In this document: piece after piece, positions 20,622 through 30,362 of the stretch
Layout: each line of letters starts with the position of its first letter
How positions within the stretch are numbered: the first letter of the stretch is position 1
Assembly (NCBI RefSeq): GCF_013694095.1
Contig: NZ_JACEFB010000004.1
Span: 97,638 to 161,637, forward strand
Source of the DNA: Thermogemmata fonticola
Lineage (GTDB): Bacteria > Planctomycetota > Planctomycetia > Gemmatales > Gemmataceae
Direction of reading: 5' to 3'
DNA length: 64,000 nucleotides
Notes under the pieces: model-generated
Databases searched by the model: none
Told to the model about the DNA's origin: nothing
What the model saw: the letters and a program-made list of their open reading frames with translations, nothing else
Position numbers and translations under genes: made by a program

Positions 20622-23369
20622 ATGAGAAGCAGAAGGGGTAAGCGCGGTTGGGTGGCTGTGGCCGTGGCGGCGATGTTGGCGGTGGGGTGCACGCGGCAAT
20701 TTTTCCGGGAGCGGGCCGACGCTGACGTGGAAGGGATATTGACGCAGAAGAATGTATTTCCGGAATGGGCAGTGCAGAATTGGCACGTGTATCCGGACCC
20801 GCGGTCGCGCTTTGCCGATCCGTATTCGCCGGACCATCCGCCGTATCCCCCCGATGATTATGCAGCGCGCTTGCTGTCGCCGAATCCGCAGCGGCCGGGG
20901 AAGAAGAGCGGGGTGGGGCGTTACGAGGGGACGGGGTATTTGGCGCTGTTGGCGCAGTGGGATGCAGCCAATCGAGCGGAGGGGGGAGAGGAAGTCCGGC
21001 CAGCGGGGGGATGGGTTATGCCGGAGGAGGCGGTCCCTGGGGAAGCGAACGGCGGAGAAGGTGGAGCGGGAGCGGAAGACGCAGGCGAGGAGAAGAAGGC
21101 GGCTCCTCCGCGGGGGGGAGAGGCGGAGGCAGCGGATTATCAGCGGGCGCTGCGGAGCGAGCAGCGGGGGTACCGCATCAAGCTGCACCAGGCGGTGGAG
21201 CTGGGTTTGCTCAACAGCCGGGAATTTCAAGACCGGCGGGAGGATTTGTATTTGGCGGCGCTGCAAGTGACGCTGTCGCGGTTCAATTTTGCGGCCCAAG
21301 CGTTTTTCGCGGAGCAGGTGTTCCGCCGGTCGATCGGGCAGGATTTGGGCGGCGGGGAGCTGTGGGACATCAATACGACGGCGGGCGTGAGCAAGCGCTT
21401 TCCGAGCGGGGCAGCGCTTTTGATCCAACTGGCGAATCAGGTGGTCATCGACCTGGGTTCCAACCGTCCGGACATCGCGGTGTCGAATTTGACGTTGAGC
21501 GTGCTCCAGCCGTTTTTGCGCGGCGGGGGTTTGGCGGTGAATTTGGAGAATTTGACAGCGGCGGAGCGGAACCTGGTGTATGCAATGCGGTCGTATGCGC
21601 GCTTTCGCAAGATTTACTATGTGTCGGTGGCGGCAGGAGGCGGACTGACGAACAATCCTTACGGACTGCAAGGTCTGGCGCCGAATTTGGGACGCGGGAT
21701 CGGGGGAAATTTGACCTCGCCGAGCGTGGGGTTTCTGCAATTGTTGCAGCAGGCGGCGCAGATAGCCAATCAGCGGAAGAATGTGGCGGAGTTGGAGCGG
21801 CTGTTGCGGTTGTACCGGGCGTTTCGGGAAGGGGGCCAGCAGTCGGATTTGCAAGTGGGTCAGGTGGAAGTGTCGATGCTCAGCAGCCGGGCGAATCTGC
21901 TCAACGGGGGTGGAGGTGCGCCGGGTTTGCGGCAGTATTTAGATCAGTTGGACAATTTCAAGCTGCAATTGGGTTTGCCGCTGACGGTGGCGCTGGAGCT
22001 GGACGACGAGCCGCTGCGGCCCATTCGGGAGCAGTTGGGACGGTTCGAGGCGATCTATGCGGACCTGCGGGCGGTGGAGGAGGCGGCACGGCAGTTTGAT
22101 CCCCAGGAACCGGTGGAGCGGTTCCGGGAGCGGTGGCGGCGCTTGCTGACGGAGTCGGCCCTGGTGAAAGGAACCCAGTTTGCCCGCGGTATAGAGAGTC
22201 GCTGGGAGTCATGGCGGCGGCTGACCGAGGACCAGTGGCAAGAACGGATGGCCCGATTGCGGCGGGAGCGGACGGAGTTGCTCAATCGCCGGGCGGAGCG
22301 GCAGCAAAAGGGGGAAGCGGAACCGGCCGAGGAGGCGGCCCGGCTGGAGGCATTGGAGAATGAGCTGGCCCTGGGAACGTTCGAGCGGGCGGTGCGGCAA
22401 TACGAGCAGCAGCCGTGGTTGAAGGAGAAAGGCCCGCAGCGGGAAAGTGTGCAGGCGGTAGCGTTCCGGGAGGTGGTCAACAGTTTTTATCAGGTGGTGC
22501 TGGAGGCGCGGGGGGAACGTTTGGAGCGGGTGCGGGGGCAGTGGCCGGCTTTGCCGCCGGTGGTGGTGGACGGGGTGGATGTGCTGCAAGCGCCGCTGGA
22601 CGAGGCATACGCGGCGGGCATGGCCACGGCATTGACCCACCGGCTGGACCTGATGAACGCCCGCGCCCTGGTGGTCGATGCCTGGCGGCAGATTGCGGTC
22701 CAGGCAAATTCCTTGCAAGGGGTGTTCGATGTTCGCTATGATATGACAGCAAGCACCCCCGCGGGGGAAAGTCGGCCGTTTGCCTTCGCCGCCGACCGAA
22801 CCCGCCACCAATTGACCTTCCGGGCCGAGTTGCCCCTGGTCCGCCGAGCGGAGCGGAACAACTACCGGGCGGCGCTGATCAGCTATCAACGGCAGCGGCG
22901 CACCCTGATGGCCTTCGAGGACAACATTGCCAATGACGTGCGTGCAGACATTCGCCAGTTGCGCACGTTGGCAGAGCTATACCGGATTCAGCAACGGGTG
23001 GTGGAGCTAGGCTACTCGCAGGTGGACAACGCCCAGGCGGTGCTGTTGCAGCCGCCGGACCCGCAGGCCCGGACCGACGCTGGCAGTGCCGCCGCCCTGA
23101 CACAACAGGTTCTGCAAACGCAAAGCAGCCTGCTCGCGGCTCAGAACCAGTTGTTCACTCTGTGGGTCAGCTATCTGACGGCCCGGATGCAACTCTACCT
23201 GGATTTGGAATTGTTGCACCTGGACGAGCGAGGAGTCTGGAACGATGACGCCGAGCACGGAATCGATGAGCCGGTCCGAGCCGTTCCCCGCCGTTGGCCT
23301 GCCGAGCGGCTCCCCCTCCCCCGGCCTGCCGCCGAGCCACTCCCCACTGCTCCCCGCCCCGCCCAGTAA
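20622..23369 (+). CDS. TolC-like outer-membrane efflux lipoprotein with long N-terminal low-complexity extension
   Basis: Lipobox 'LAVGC'. Coiled-coil/heptad-rich 900-aa body with two repeated halves, as in outer-membrane factors. 'aggagg' RBS and ATG at 20622. Confidence 0.55.
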   Translation: MRSRRGKRGWVAVAVAAMLAVGCTRQFFRERADADVEGILTQKNVFPEWAVQNWHVYPDPRSRFADPYSPDHPPYPPDDYAARLLSPNPQRPGKKSGVGRYEGTGYLALLAQWDAANRAEGGEEVRPAGGWVMPEEAVPGEANGGEGGAGAEDAGEEKKAAPPRGGEAEAADYQRALRSEQRGYRIKLHQAVELGLLNSREFQDRREDLYLAALQVTLSRFNFAAQAFFAEQVFRRSIGQDLGGGELWDINTTAGVSKRFPSGAALLIQLANQVVIDLGSNRPDIAVSNLTLSVLQPFLRGGGLAVNLENLTAAERNLVYAMRSYARFRKIYYVSVAAGGGLTNNPYGLQGLAPNLGRGIGGNLTSPSVGFLQLLQQAAQIANQRKNVAELERLLRLYRAFREGGQQSDLQVGQVEVSMLSSRANLLNGGGGAPGLRQYLDQLDNFKLQLGLPLTVALELDDEPLRPIREQLGRFEAIYADLRAVEEAARQFDPQEPVERFRERWRRLLTESALVKGTQFARGIESRWESWRRLTEDQWQERMARLRRERTELLNRRAERQQKGEAEPAEEAARLEALENELALGTFERAVRQYEQQPWLKEKGPQRESVQAVAFREVVNSFYQVVLEARGERLERVRGQWPALPPVVVDGVDVLQAPLDEAYAAGMATALTHRLDLMNARALVVDAWRQIAVQANSLQGVFDVRYDMTASTPAGESRPFAFAADRTRHQLTFRAELPLVRRAERNNYRAALISYQRQRRTLMAFEDNIANDVRADIRQLRTLAELYRIQQRVVELGYSQVDNAQAVLLQPPDPQARTDAGSAAALTQQVLQTQSSLLAAQNQLFTLWVSYLTARMQLYLDLELLHLDERGVWNDDAEHGIDEPVRAVPRRWPAERLPLPRPAAEPLPTAPRPAQ

Positions 23370-25377
23370 CCCGCCGCGCTTGCCGCCCCCGGCGTCCAGC
23401 CGCCGTCGGCCCCTCTGGCTTTTCGCTGGCTTCCTCCTCCTCGGCAGCATCGCCGGAACCACCTACTACTACACCCGGCCCGAAGCCGCCCCAGAAGGCG
23501 TCCTGCTCTACACGGTCAAGAAAGAGTTCCTCCACGTAACGGTGGTGGAGAAAGGAACGCTGGAGTCGGCGGACAATCGGGACTTAGTCTGCCGGGTGCG
23601 CGCCGGCAGCCGCGGCTTTGCTACCTCCATCAACTGGGTCATCGAAGATGGCGCCCGCGTCCGCCCCGGCCAGCTCCTCATGATCCTCGATGATTCCGCC
23701 CTCAAGGAACAAGAGGATAACCAAAGCGTCGTGGTCAAACGCGCCCTGGCGGCCAAGGTGAAAGCCGAAAAGGACTACGAAATCCAGATCAAAAAGAACG
23801 AAAGCCTCATCGCGGAAAAAGAGGCAGCTTACCTGCTGGCCCAAATCGAGCTGGACAAACTCACCGGCCTGAACGTGGACCCCAAGCGGCTGCCCCTGGC
23901 GGCCCTGGCCAGCCTGCCGGCCTCCTTAGTGGAAGGCGGTGCCTTCCAACAGCAACTCGACGACCTGACCGGCCAAATCTCCCTGGCCCGCTCCGATGTG
24001 GAACAATACCGCGAACGGGTGCACTGGGCTGAGCGCATGGTCAAAATGGCCTACATGAGTCCGGCGCAAGCCCAGGCGGAACGCTCCAAGCTCGACAGCG
24101 CCCTGGAAAAACTCCGCAGCCTGGAAGCCCAGCGCAAGCTCCTCATCTCCCACGACCGGCGGCAGAAAATCACCCAGTTGACCAGCGAACGGGACAACGC
24201 CCGCCGCGCCCTGGAACAAGCCCGCCTGGAAGCGGAAGCCCTAGAAATCCAATACCGCACCGAAATGGAGACCACCACCTCCATCTACGAACAGGAATTG
24301 GAAAAGCTGGAGGACATCCGCCGCCAGCGCCGGGAATGCCGCATCCACGCCCCGGAGGACATCCAGGATGGCTCCATGGTCGTGTACTTCAAGAACGAAA
24401 CCCGCCGCTTCAGCAGCAGTACTGACGGCCTGATCGAACAGGGGGCCCAGGTCAAAGAAGGGCAGAAACTCCTGCGGATTCCCAATCTGAGCGTCATGCA
24501 GGTCAATACCAAAGTGCACGAGGCGATGGTCTCGCGCCTGCGGGGAGAAATTCGGGTGCCGACCCGCATCGTGGAGTTCACCCAGATCGGCCTGCTGACC
24601 AATCCCCACCTCCTGGGCCGCATGGTAGCCACCCGCCCGGAAATCGTGGAAGACCTGCGCCACCGCTTCCGCCAGTACGAGTACCGCAAGATCGCTGACG
24701 GCCAGCGGGCTTACATCCGCATCGACGCCATGCCCGACCGGCAATTCGTCGGCTATGTCCGTTCCGTCTCGGCCGTTGCCAGCCAGGCGGACTCCTGGTT
24801 CTCCGACGTCAAGGTGTACCAGACCAATGTCCGCATCGAAGGGGAATTGCTGCCGGACGGCCGGATTGCCCCTCTGGAAGGGGAAATCCTCAAGCCCGAT
24901 ATGACTGCTGAGGTGACCATCCACGTGGAAGCCTCCAAGGAACCGGTACTGGTCGTGCCAATCCAGGCGATCATCGGCGGCGCGGAGATGGGCGCGGTGA
25001 GGGAGGTATTCGTCAAAACGGACAACGGTTACGAACGTCGCCAGGTTACCCTCGGCCTCTACAACGAGAGGATGGTCGAAATCCGCTCCGGACTAAGCGA
25101 AGGGGAACAGGTGGTGATCAACCCTCGCGTGCTGCTTGGCGATAGCAAGACCCGGACCCGCGAAGGACTGGAGAACACCAAGAAAGGGATGCGGGAACGG
25201 GGAGAGAAAGGCGGCGGAGAAGGGAACGGCGGCCCCAACGGCGGCGCTCCCGGCGGCGCTCCCGGCGGACCGAATGGGAGCGTTCCAGGGGCTGCTCCCG
25301 GCGGCAAAGGTTTCAAAGGCGGCAAGAAAGGCGGCGGCTTCTCCGGTCCTCCGCCGGCGGGCGCGCCGGGACTGTAG
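23266..25377 (+). CDS. HlyD-family membrane fusion (periplasmic adaptor) protein with Gly-rich C-terminal tail
   Basis: Single N-terminal TM ('LWLFAGFLLLGSIAG'), long coiled-coil hairpin, beta-barrel/lipoyl-like C-terminal region. C-terminus 'GGGEGNGGPNGGAPGG...'. The start overlaps the end of the OMF gene. Confidence 0.65.
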   Translation: MSRSEPFPAVGLPSGSPSPGLPPSHSPLLPAPPSNPPRLPPPASSRRRPLWLFAGFLLLGSIAGTTYYYTRPEAAPEGVLLYTVKKEFLHVTVVEKGTLESADNRDLVCRVRAGSRGFATSINWVIEDGARVRPGQLLMILDDSALKEQEDNQSVVVKRALAAKVKAEKDYEIQIKKNESLIAEKEAAYLLAQIELDKLTGLNVDPKRLPLAALASLPASLVEGGAFQQQLDDLTGQISLARSDVEQYRERVHWAERMVKMAYMSPAQAQAERSKLDSALEKLRSLEAQRKLLISHDRRQKITQLTSERDNARRALEQARLEAEALEIQYRTEMETTTSIYEQELEKLEDIRRQRRECRIHAPEDIQDGSMVVYFKNETRRFSSSTDGLIEQGAQVKEGQKLLRIPNLSVMQVNTKVHEAMVSRLRGEIRVPTRIVEFTQIGLLTNPHLLGRMVATRPEIVEDLRHRFRQYEYRKIADGQRAYIRIDAMPDRQFVGYVRSVSAVASQADSWFSDVKVYQTNVRIEGELLPDGRIAPLEGEILKPDMTAEVTIHVEASKEPVLVVPIQAIIGGAEMGAVREVFVKTDNGYERRQVTLGLYNERMVEIRSGLSEGEQVVINPRVLLGDSKTRTREGLENTKKGMRERGEKGGGEGNGGPNGGAPGGAPGGPNGSVPGAAPGGKGFKGGKKGGGFSGPPPAGAPGL

Positions 25378-25454
25378 GCTTTCCCCGCGCCCCGGCCTCC
25401 GGGCTTCCCCCGCCGTCCCTGCCCTTCACCGCTTGGCCCTGTGGGAATCATCGC

Positions 25455-26171
25455 ATGCCTGCCCTCGTGCAACTCGTGGACCTGGTCAAAAACTACTACA
25501 TGGGCACGCAGACGGTCCACGTCCTCAAGGGTTTGAACCTGTCGTTTGACGAGGGGGACTTTATCGCCCTGATGGGGCCGTCCGGTTCCGGCAAATCCAC
25601 GCTGCTCAACATCCTTGGCTGCCTGGACCGGCCCACCAGCGGGCGCTACTATCTGGCCGGCATGGATGTGTCCCAAATGGATGACGATCAGTTGTCCGAA
25701 ATCCGCAGCTCTTACCTGGGGTTTATCTTTCAATCTTACAATTTGCTGCCGCAGTACACCGTGGTAGAAAACATCGAACTGCCGTTGCTGTATCAGGGGG
25801 TCCGGCTGGACGAGCGGACGCGGCAGCATTGCATTGCCCTGGCGGAGATGGTGGGCTTGGGGGATCGGCTGGATCACCGGCCGCTGCAATTGTCCGGCGG
25901 GCAGCAGCAGCGCGTGGCTATCGCCCGCAGCCTGGTCAACAACCCCCACCTTATCCTCGGCGACGAACCGACCGGTAACCTCGACACCCGCACCAGCATC
26001 GAAATCATGCAGATGCTGCGCGAACTCAACCGCCTGGGGAAAACCATCATCATGGTGACCCACGAAAATGACATCGCAGCCTGGGCACGGCGGGTCGTGC
26101 GGCTGCGGGATGGACGGGTGGAATCGGATACCCGCAACGATAGCCGCACCGTGGTCGAGCTGCACGCGTGA
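25455..26171 (+). CDS. MacB/LolD-type ABC ATP-binding protein
   Basis: Walker A 'GPSGSGKST', Q-loop, signature 'LSGGQQQRVAIAR', Walker B 'ILGDEPTGNLD'. ATG at 25455. Confidence 0.85.
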   Translation: MPALVQLVDLVKNYYMGTQTVHVLKGLNLSFDEGDFIALMGPSGSGKSTLLNILGCLDRPTSGRYYLAGMDVSQMDDDQLSEIRSSYLGFIFQSYNLLPQYTVVENIELPLLYQGVRLDERTRQHCIALAEMVGLGDRLDHRPLQLSGGQQQRVAIARSLVNNPHLILGDEPTGNLDTRTSIEIMQMLRELNRLGKTIIMVTHENDIAAWARRVVRLRDGRVESDTRNDSRTVVELHA

Positions 26172-26293
26172 GCCTCGTCCGCTCCGCCAGGTTGTTGCGC
26201 CCGCCCCCGCAGTGGGAGAGGGTCCGCCGCGGGAGCCGGCAGCAGAGGCCGAGCAGGCGGAAGAGGAGCGGTGGGAATCAGCGCAAGCGTGTC

Positions 26294-26986
26294 ATGGAGG
26301 CGCCAGCGATGGGGAGCCATTCCAAGCAACCAGCGGCGGGGCGCGGAGGAGGAGGCGCGGCCTCCCTCAGTTTGGCGGTTCTGGTGCTCAGCACTGCCCT
26401 GTTGAGTGCAGCAGGGATTCCCCGGCTGAGCGCCCCTTCCCCTTCTTCTTTCTCAGCGATGACAGCGCAGAAGTGGTTCGAGAAAGCGGTCAGCCGCCTG
26501 GAGGCGTCTTTCACTCCCGCGCAAGCCCGGCGGGGGCAAACCGTCACGTTCACCCTGACCCTCCAGTTGCAGGAGGGTTACTATACCTATCCGACGCGGC
26601 AGAGCGATCCACAGGCCGCCGCCTTAGTCAACGACCTCCGCTTCCCCGATCCGCAGGAGGTAATTTTCGTCGGTACGGTGGAAGACCCGAAAAACGTCCG
26701 GGTCAAGGCGGAACCGCAAGCCGGCATCCAGAGCCTGCGTTACTGTACGGGGACGGTCACTTACACCCGCGCCGCCGTGGTTCATCCGCAGGCCCGTCCG
26801 GGTCCGGTGACTGTCCGGCTTCCCAGGGTTCGGCTCAACATTTGTGATGCGAGCACCTGTTTCCCAGCCAAGGAAGTCGCTGTGGAAGCGGCCTTGACAA
26901 TCCTGGATGGCCCGCCGCTGCCTGTGGAAGAGCGCTACGCCGAGGAGGTCCGCCGCGTGCTGGAAAAGTCCCCGGCGCGCAAATGA
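26294..26986 (+). CDS. Stand-alone DsbD N-terminal (alpha) domain-like secreted protein
   Basis: Signal peptide, then 'AQARRGQTVTFTLTLQLQEGYYTYP' paralogous to the N-terminus of the downstream DsbD. Retains Cys pair 'CDASTC'. ATG verified at 26294. Confidence 0.5.
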   Translation: MEAPAMGSHSKQPAAGRGGGGAASLSLAVLVLSTALLSAAGIPRLSAPSPSSFSAMTAQKWFEKAVSRLEASFTPAQARRGQTVTFTLTLQLQEGYYTYPTRQSDPQAAALVNDLRFPDPQEVIFVGTVEDPKNVRVKAEPQAGIQSLRYCTGTVTYTRAAVVHPQARPGPVTVRLPRVRLNICDASTCFPAKEVAVEAALTILDGPPLPVEERYAEEVRRVLEKSPARK

Positions 26987-27100
26987 AGCTTTCCGCGCCC
27001 CCACGGGCTTCCACACCCTACGGGCAAAGAGAGTGAGACCCCGACCGCCGCGGCCCGGAGTTTGGCGTCCGGGGGAGCAGAATCGACGGGAGAGTTCGGA

Positions 27101-29461
27101 ATGATGGGAAACCGATGGCTCTGGTTCGGTGCACTGGCGGGGCTGCTGGGTCTGGATGTGTCTGCGACCGCTCAGGTGCCGCGGAAGTTCGCCGACATTG
27201 CCGAAGTCAAGGCGGAGATCGTGCCGGCGCAAGCCCGCCGAGGCCAGACCGTCACCTATCGCCTGACGGTGGCTCCCAAGCCCGGCGCCTGGACCTATCC
27301 CATCGCTCCCAAGACAGGACAGGCGTCTGTCACCAAGCTGGTGGCGCCGCCGCCGGGTGTGCTCATCTTCGTGACGCCCCCCGCCGATCCCCCCAATCAT
27401 CCCTGGAAGACCAAGACCGAGCCGGACGATCCGCTGCAAACCATTCAGTACAGTCCGACTCCGGTGACGTGGGAGTTGAAAGCGGTGGTTTCCCCCCAGG
27501 CCCCGGCGGGCCGGCATGCCGTCAAGCTCGATCGGCTGACGCTGCTGTCGGTGTGCAATGACTACGGTTGCGTCAACAGCCGTCCAGATGGGCGGGACCT
27601 GCCCGTGGCGGAGTTGGAAGTGCGCGATGAGCCGGCGGTTGCAGTTGAGGAAGCCTACCGGGCCGCGGTGGAAAAGGTGGTGGGACCGCTCGCGCCGTCG
27701 GGGCCAGCTCCGTCGCCCGCCCCTGGTGGTCCCACGCCGGGTCCAGGAACGGGGCCGTTGCCTCCGGCCCCTTCGCCGGGACCTTCTCCGTCGGGTCCCA
27801 CCTCCCGCCTGCGCCCCGCCAAGCCCGTGGAACAGTACGAAGCCGAGTTGGACGCTCTGCGCCAAGCCCTGCGGTTTGCTGAGGATACAGCGGGGGAAAG
27901 TGGACGCCGTACCGGTCTGTGGGGCTTTCTTCTGACCGCCGCCGCTTGGGGGTTGATCACGCTGCTGACGCCCTGTGTCTTCCCCATGATTCCGATCACG
28001 GTCAGCATTTTCCTCAAGCAAGGGGAGCAGTCGCCGCGGCGGACCTTGCTGCTGGCCGGGGTGTACTGTCTCACGATCATCGCCGTTCTGGGCGTGTCGG
28101 CCTTCTTCCTGCTTTCCACCTTCGTCGAGCTGAGCACCGATCCGTGGATGAACCTGGGGCTGTGCCTGCTGTTTGTGGTTTTCGCCCTGAGTTTGTTCGG
28201 GATGTATGAGGTGACGCTCTCGACGGTGCTGCTATTGGGGGGCGGGATGGCGGCCCTGGTGCTGGCCCCGCGCCTGGTCGACCGCTATGGCCTGGAGGCG
28301 GCGCTGCTGCTGGGAGGTGGTGGGGCCGCCGTCGCCATTCTTCTGTACGCGTGGGTCCGGCGCAGCGGCGGGGAAAGCGTGCTTTTGCGCTATTTGCAGC
28401 ACAAGCAAAGCGGGGGCGGCATCCTGGGAACCATCTTCGGGGCGATCGCGTTCACGCTGGTCGGTTTCACCTGTGTGGCGCCGTTTCTGGGGGGCTTTGC
28501 GGGTCTGAGCGCCTCGGGCCAGTTCAGTTCCGGGGAGCTGATGCTGGGGGCGTTGGCCTTTTCCGGGGCCTTCGCCGCTCCGTTTTTCCTTCTGGCGTTG
28601 TTTCCGAGTTTGCTGCGCCGCCTGCCGCGCTCCGGACAGTGGCTGGACACGATCAAGGTGGTCATGGGATTTTTGGAGCTGGCCGCCGCTGCCAAGTTCC
28701 TGCGCACGGCGGAGCTGCGCTGGCTGCCCGAAGCGGCTTATTGCACCTACGACGCTGTGCTGGCGGGCTGGATCGCTTTGAGCGCCGTCTGCGGCTTGTA
28801 CCTGCTCGGCCTGTTCCGCCTGCCGCACGATGAGGAAAGCCATCCCATCGGCGTGCCGCGCCTGCTCCTGGCCCTGGGCTTTCTGAGCCTGGCAGCCTAC
28901 CTGACCCCAGCGCTGTTTGTCGGCCCCGATGGCAAGCCCCAGCGGCCCCGCGGCGCCGTCTTCGCCTGGATCGATGCTTTCCTGCTCCCTGAACCGAGCC
29001 GGGAAGGCGAGCTGCCCTGGTCCTACGACCTGCCGGAGAGCGTCCAGCGCCTCGTTCAGGAAGCCCGCAAGAGCGGCCGGCCCCAGCCCCTGTTCCTGGA
29101 CTTCACCGGCGTGACCTGCACCAACTGCAAGTACAATGAGTTCCAGGTCTTCACCCAGCCGCGCATCCGCCAATTGCTGGAACGCTATCACCGCGTGCAG
29201 CTTTACACCGACGAAATCCCCGCCTCCCTCTACGCCGTCGACCCCGGCAGTTATGACCGCACCCGCGAAGCCCAAGCCAACCGCCTCTTCAAAATCGACC
29301 TTTTCGGCAATGACCAACTCCCGCTGTATGTGGTCATGCACGTGCTTCCTGATGGCGGCGTCCGGGTGTGGGGAGCTTACGATGAAGGCAAGATCAACGA
29401 GCCGGAACGCTTCGCCGCCTGGCTCGCCGCCGCTCTCGACGGCACCCCGCCCGCCCCGTGA
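27101..29461 (+). CDS. dsbD: Thiol:disulfide interchange protein DsbD (alpha domain + CcdA-like membrane core + C-terminal thioredoxin)
   Basis: Alpha domain 'VCNDYGC'. Membrane-core Cys 'TPCVFPMIPITVSIF' and 'GFTCVAPFLGG'. C-terminal thioredoxin 'GVTCTNCK'. ATG verified at 27101. Confidence 0.75.
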   Translation: MMGNRWLWFGALAGLLGLDVSATAQVPRKFADIAEVKAEIVPAQARRGQTVTYRLTVAPKPGAWTYPIAPKTGQASVTKLVAPPPGVLIFVTPPADPPNHPWKTKTEPDDPLQTIQYSPTPVTWELKAVVSPQAPAGRHAVKLDRLTLLSVCNDYGCVNSRPDGRDLPVAELEVRDEPAVAVEEAYRAAVEKVVGPLAPSGPAPSPAPGGPTPGPGTGPLPPAPSPGPSPSGPTSRLRPAKPVEQYEAELDALRQALRFAEDTAGESGRRTGLWGFLLTAAAWGLITLLTPCVFPMIPITVSIFLKQGEQSPRRTLLLAGVYCLTIIAVLGVSAFFLLSTFVELSTDPWMNLGLCLLFVVFALSLFGMYEVTLSTVLLLGGGMAALVLAPRLVDRYGLEAALLLGGGGAAVAILLYAWVRRSGGESVLLRYLQHKQSGGGILGTIFGAIAFTLVGFTCVAPFLGGFAGLSASGQFSSGELMLGALAFSGAFAAPFFLLALFPSLLRRLPRSGQWLDTIKVVMGFLELAAAAKFLRTAELRWLPEAAYCTYDAVLAGWIALSAVCGLYLLGLFRLPHDEESHPIGVPRLLLALGFLSLAAYLTPALFVGPDGKPQRPRGAVFAWIDAFLLPEPSREGELPWSYDLPESVQRLVQEARKSGRPQPLFLDFTGVTCTNCKYNEFQVFTQPRIRQLLERYHRVQLYTDEIPASLYAVDPGSYDRTREAQANRLFKIDLFGNDQLPLYVVMHVLPDGGVRVWGAYDEGKINEPERFAAWLAAALDGTPPAP

Positions 29462-29649
29462 TCATGATGACCTCGCCTTTCTTCCCCGCAGCTCCTTTGA
29501 AATGAGGAACCCCCCTAGCCCAACGGGCTTTTGATATAGCCTCCTCTCCTTGTCCTTGGGTAGAGTCTCCGGACCTTGTGGCTGTCATTTCCAGCCGGTA
29601 TCATGAGGCAACGGCAACCGATGACGGAGGGATTCTTCCAGAGGGTGTC

Positions 29650-30273
29650 ATGCCCGCATTTTCCTGTCCGGGGTGCAGGCAACTTTATGAGTATGCGGAA
29701 AGTGACAGCGGCCGACCCTTTATCTGCCCGCAATGTCGCACCCAGGGCCACCTGCCGCGCGAGGAGGAGGTGGAGTTGGCCGCTCCCTCCAGTCCGGCGG
29801 AGTGGCATGCCGCCTGCCCCCGCTGTTCCAGTTCGCTTCCCCTGGCCTGGCGTGCCCTGCACCGCTGGGTGCGCTGCCCGGTGTGCCAGTTGCTCTTTGT
29901 GGCCCGCCAGACGGTCAACCCTGCCCCCGCCGCCATCCCGATCAGTCCGCCTTCTGTTCCCCCTTCTTCCCAGCGTACTTCCAACCGCACTCTTGTCGGC
30001 GGTCTGCTGCTCGCAGGCGGCATCTGCGCCATCCTCAACGTCGCCGTGGCGGTGCTCTTCAGCGTTTTTCTCTGCTGTTTGTGGCCGGGAGTTTATCTGG
30101 CTCTGGGCTGGAGCATCGTGGCCATTGTCCGCGGCAGCCAAATGTTGAGTGTCGATTATCACGGTCCGCCGCCTCGCCTCCTGGCCATCCTGCAAATCCT
30201 TCTCATCATCAATCTCGATGTAGTGAACCTGATTCTGGGCATCGTCAACCTGGTCTCTTTGGAGAAATGGTGA
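29650..30273 (+). CDS. Hypothetical double zinc-ribbon membrane protein
   Basis: Two CxxC...CxxC pairs ('CPGC...CPQC', 'CPRC...CPVC'), Pro/Ser linker, two C-terminal TM helices. ATG at 29650. Confidence 0.4.
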   Translation: MPAFSCPGCRQLYEYAESDSGRPFICPQCRTQGHLPREEEVELAAPSSPAEWHAACPRCSSSLPLAWRALHRWVRCPVCQLLFVARQTVNPAPAAIPISPPSVPPSSQRTSNRTLVGGLLLAGGICAILNVAVAVLFSVFLCCLWPGVYLALGWSIVAIVRGSQMLSVDYHGPPPRLLAILQILLIINLDVVNLILGIVNLVSLEKW

Positions 30274-30362
30274 CGGGCCAACGTGGGGCGACAGGCCAAC
30301 GCCCAGCGGATCCCTGGGGGAGAAATGGCGAGCGGTGCAGGAGGCCGGAGGGCAAGAAACTC

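Noticed and set aside
23245-23369. Apparent 100-125-nt overlap of the TolC-like gene end and the HlyD adaptor start, as a possible frameshifted fusion
   Set aside because: Both reading frames are intact and in different phases with proper stops. It is more likely an overlapping or alternative start such as GTG/TTG/CTG near 23380-23400 than a fusion. Flagged within the export-module finding instead.
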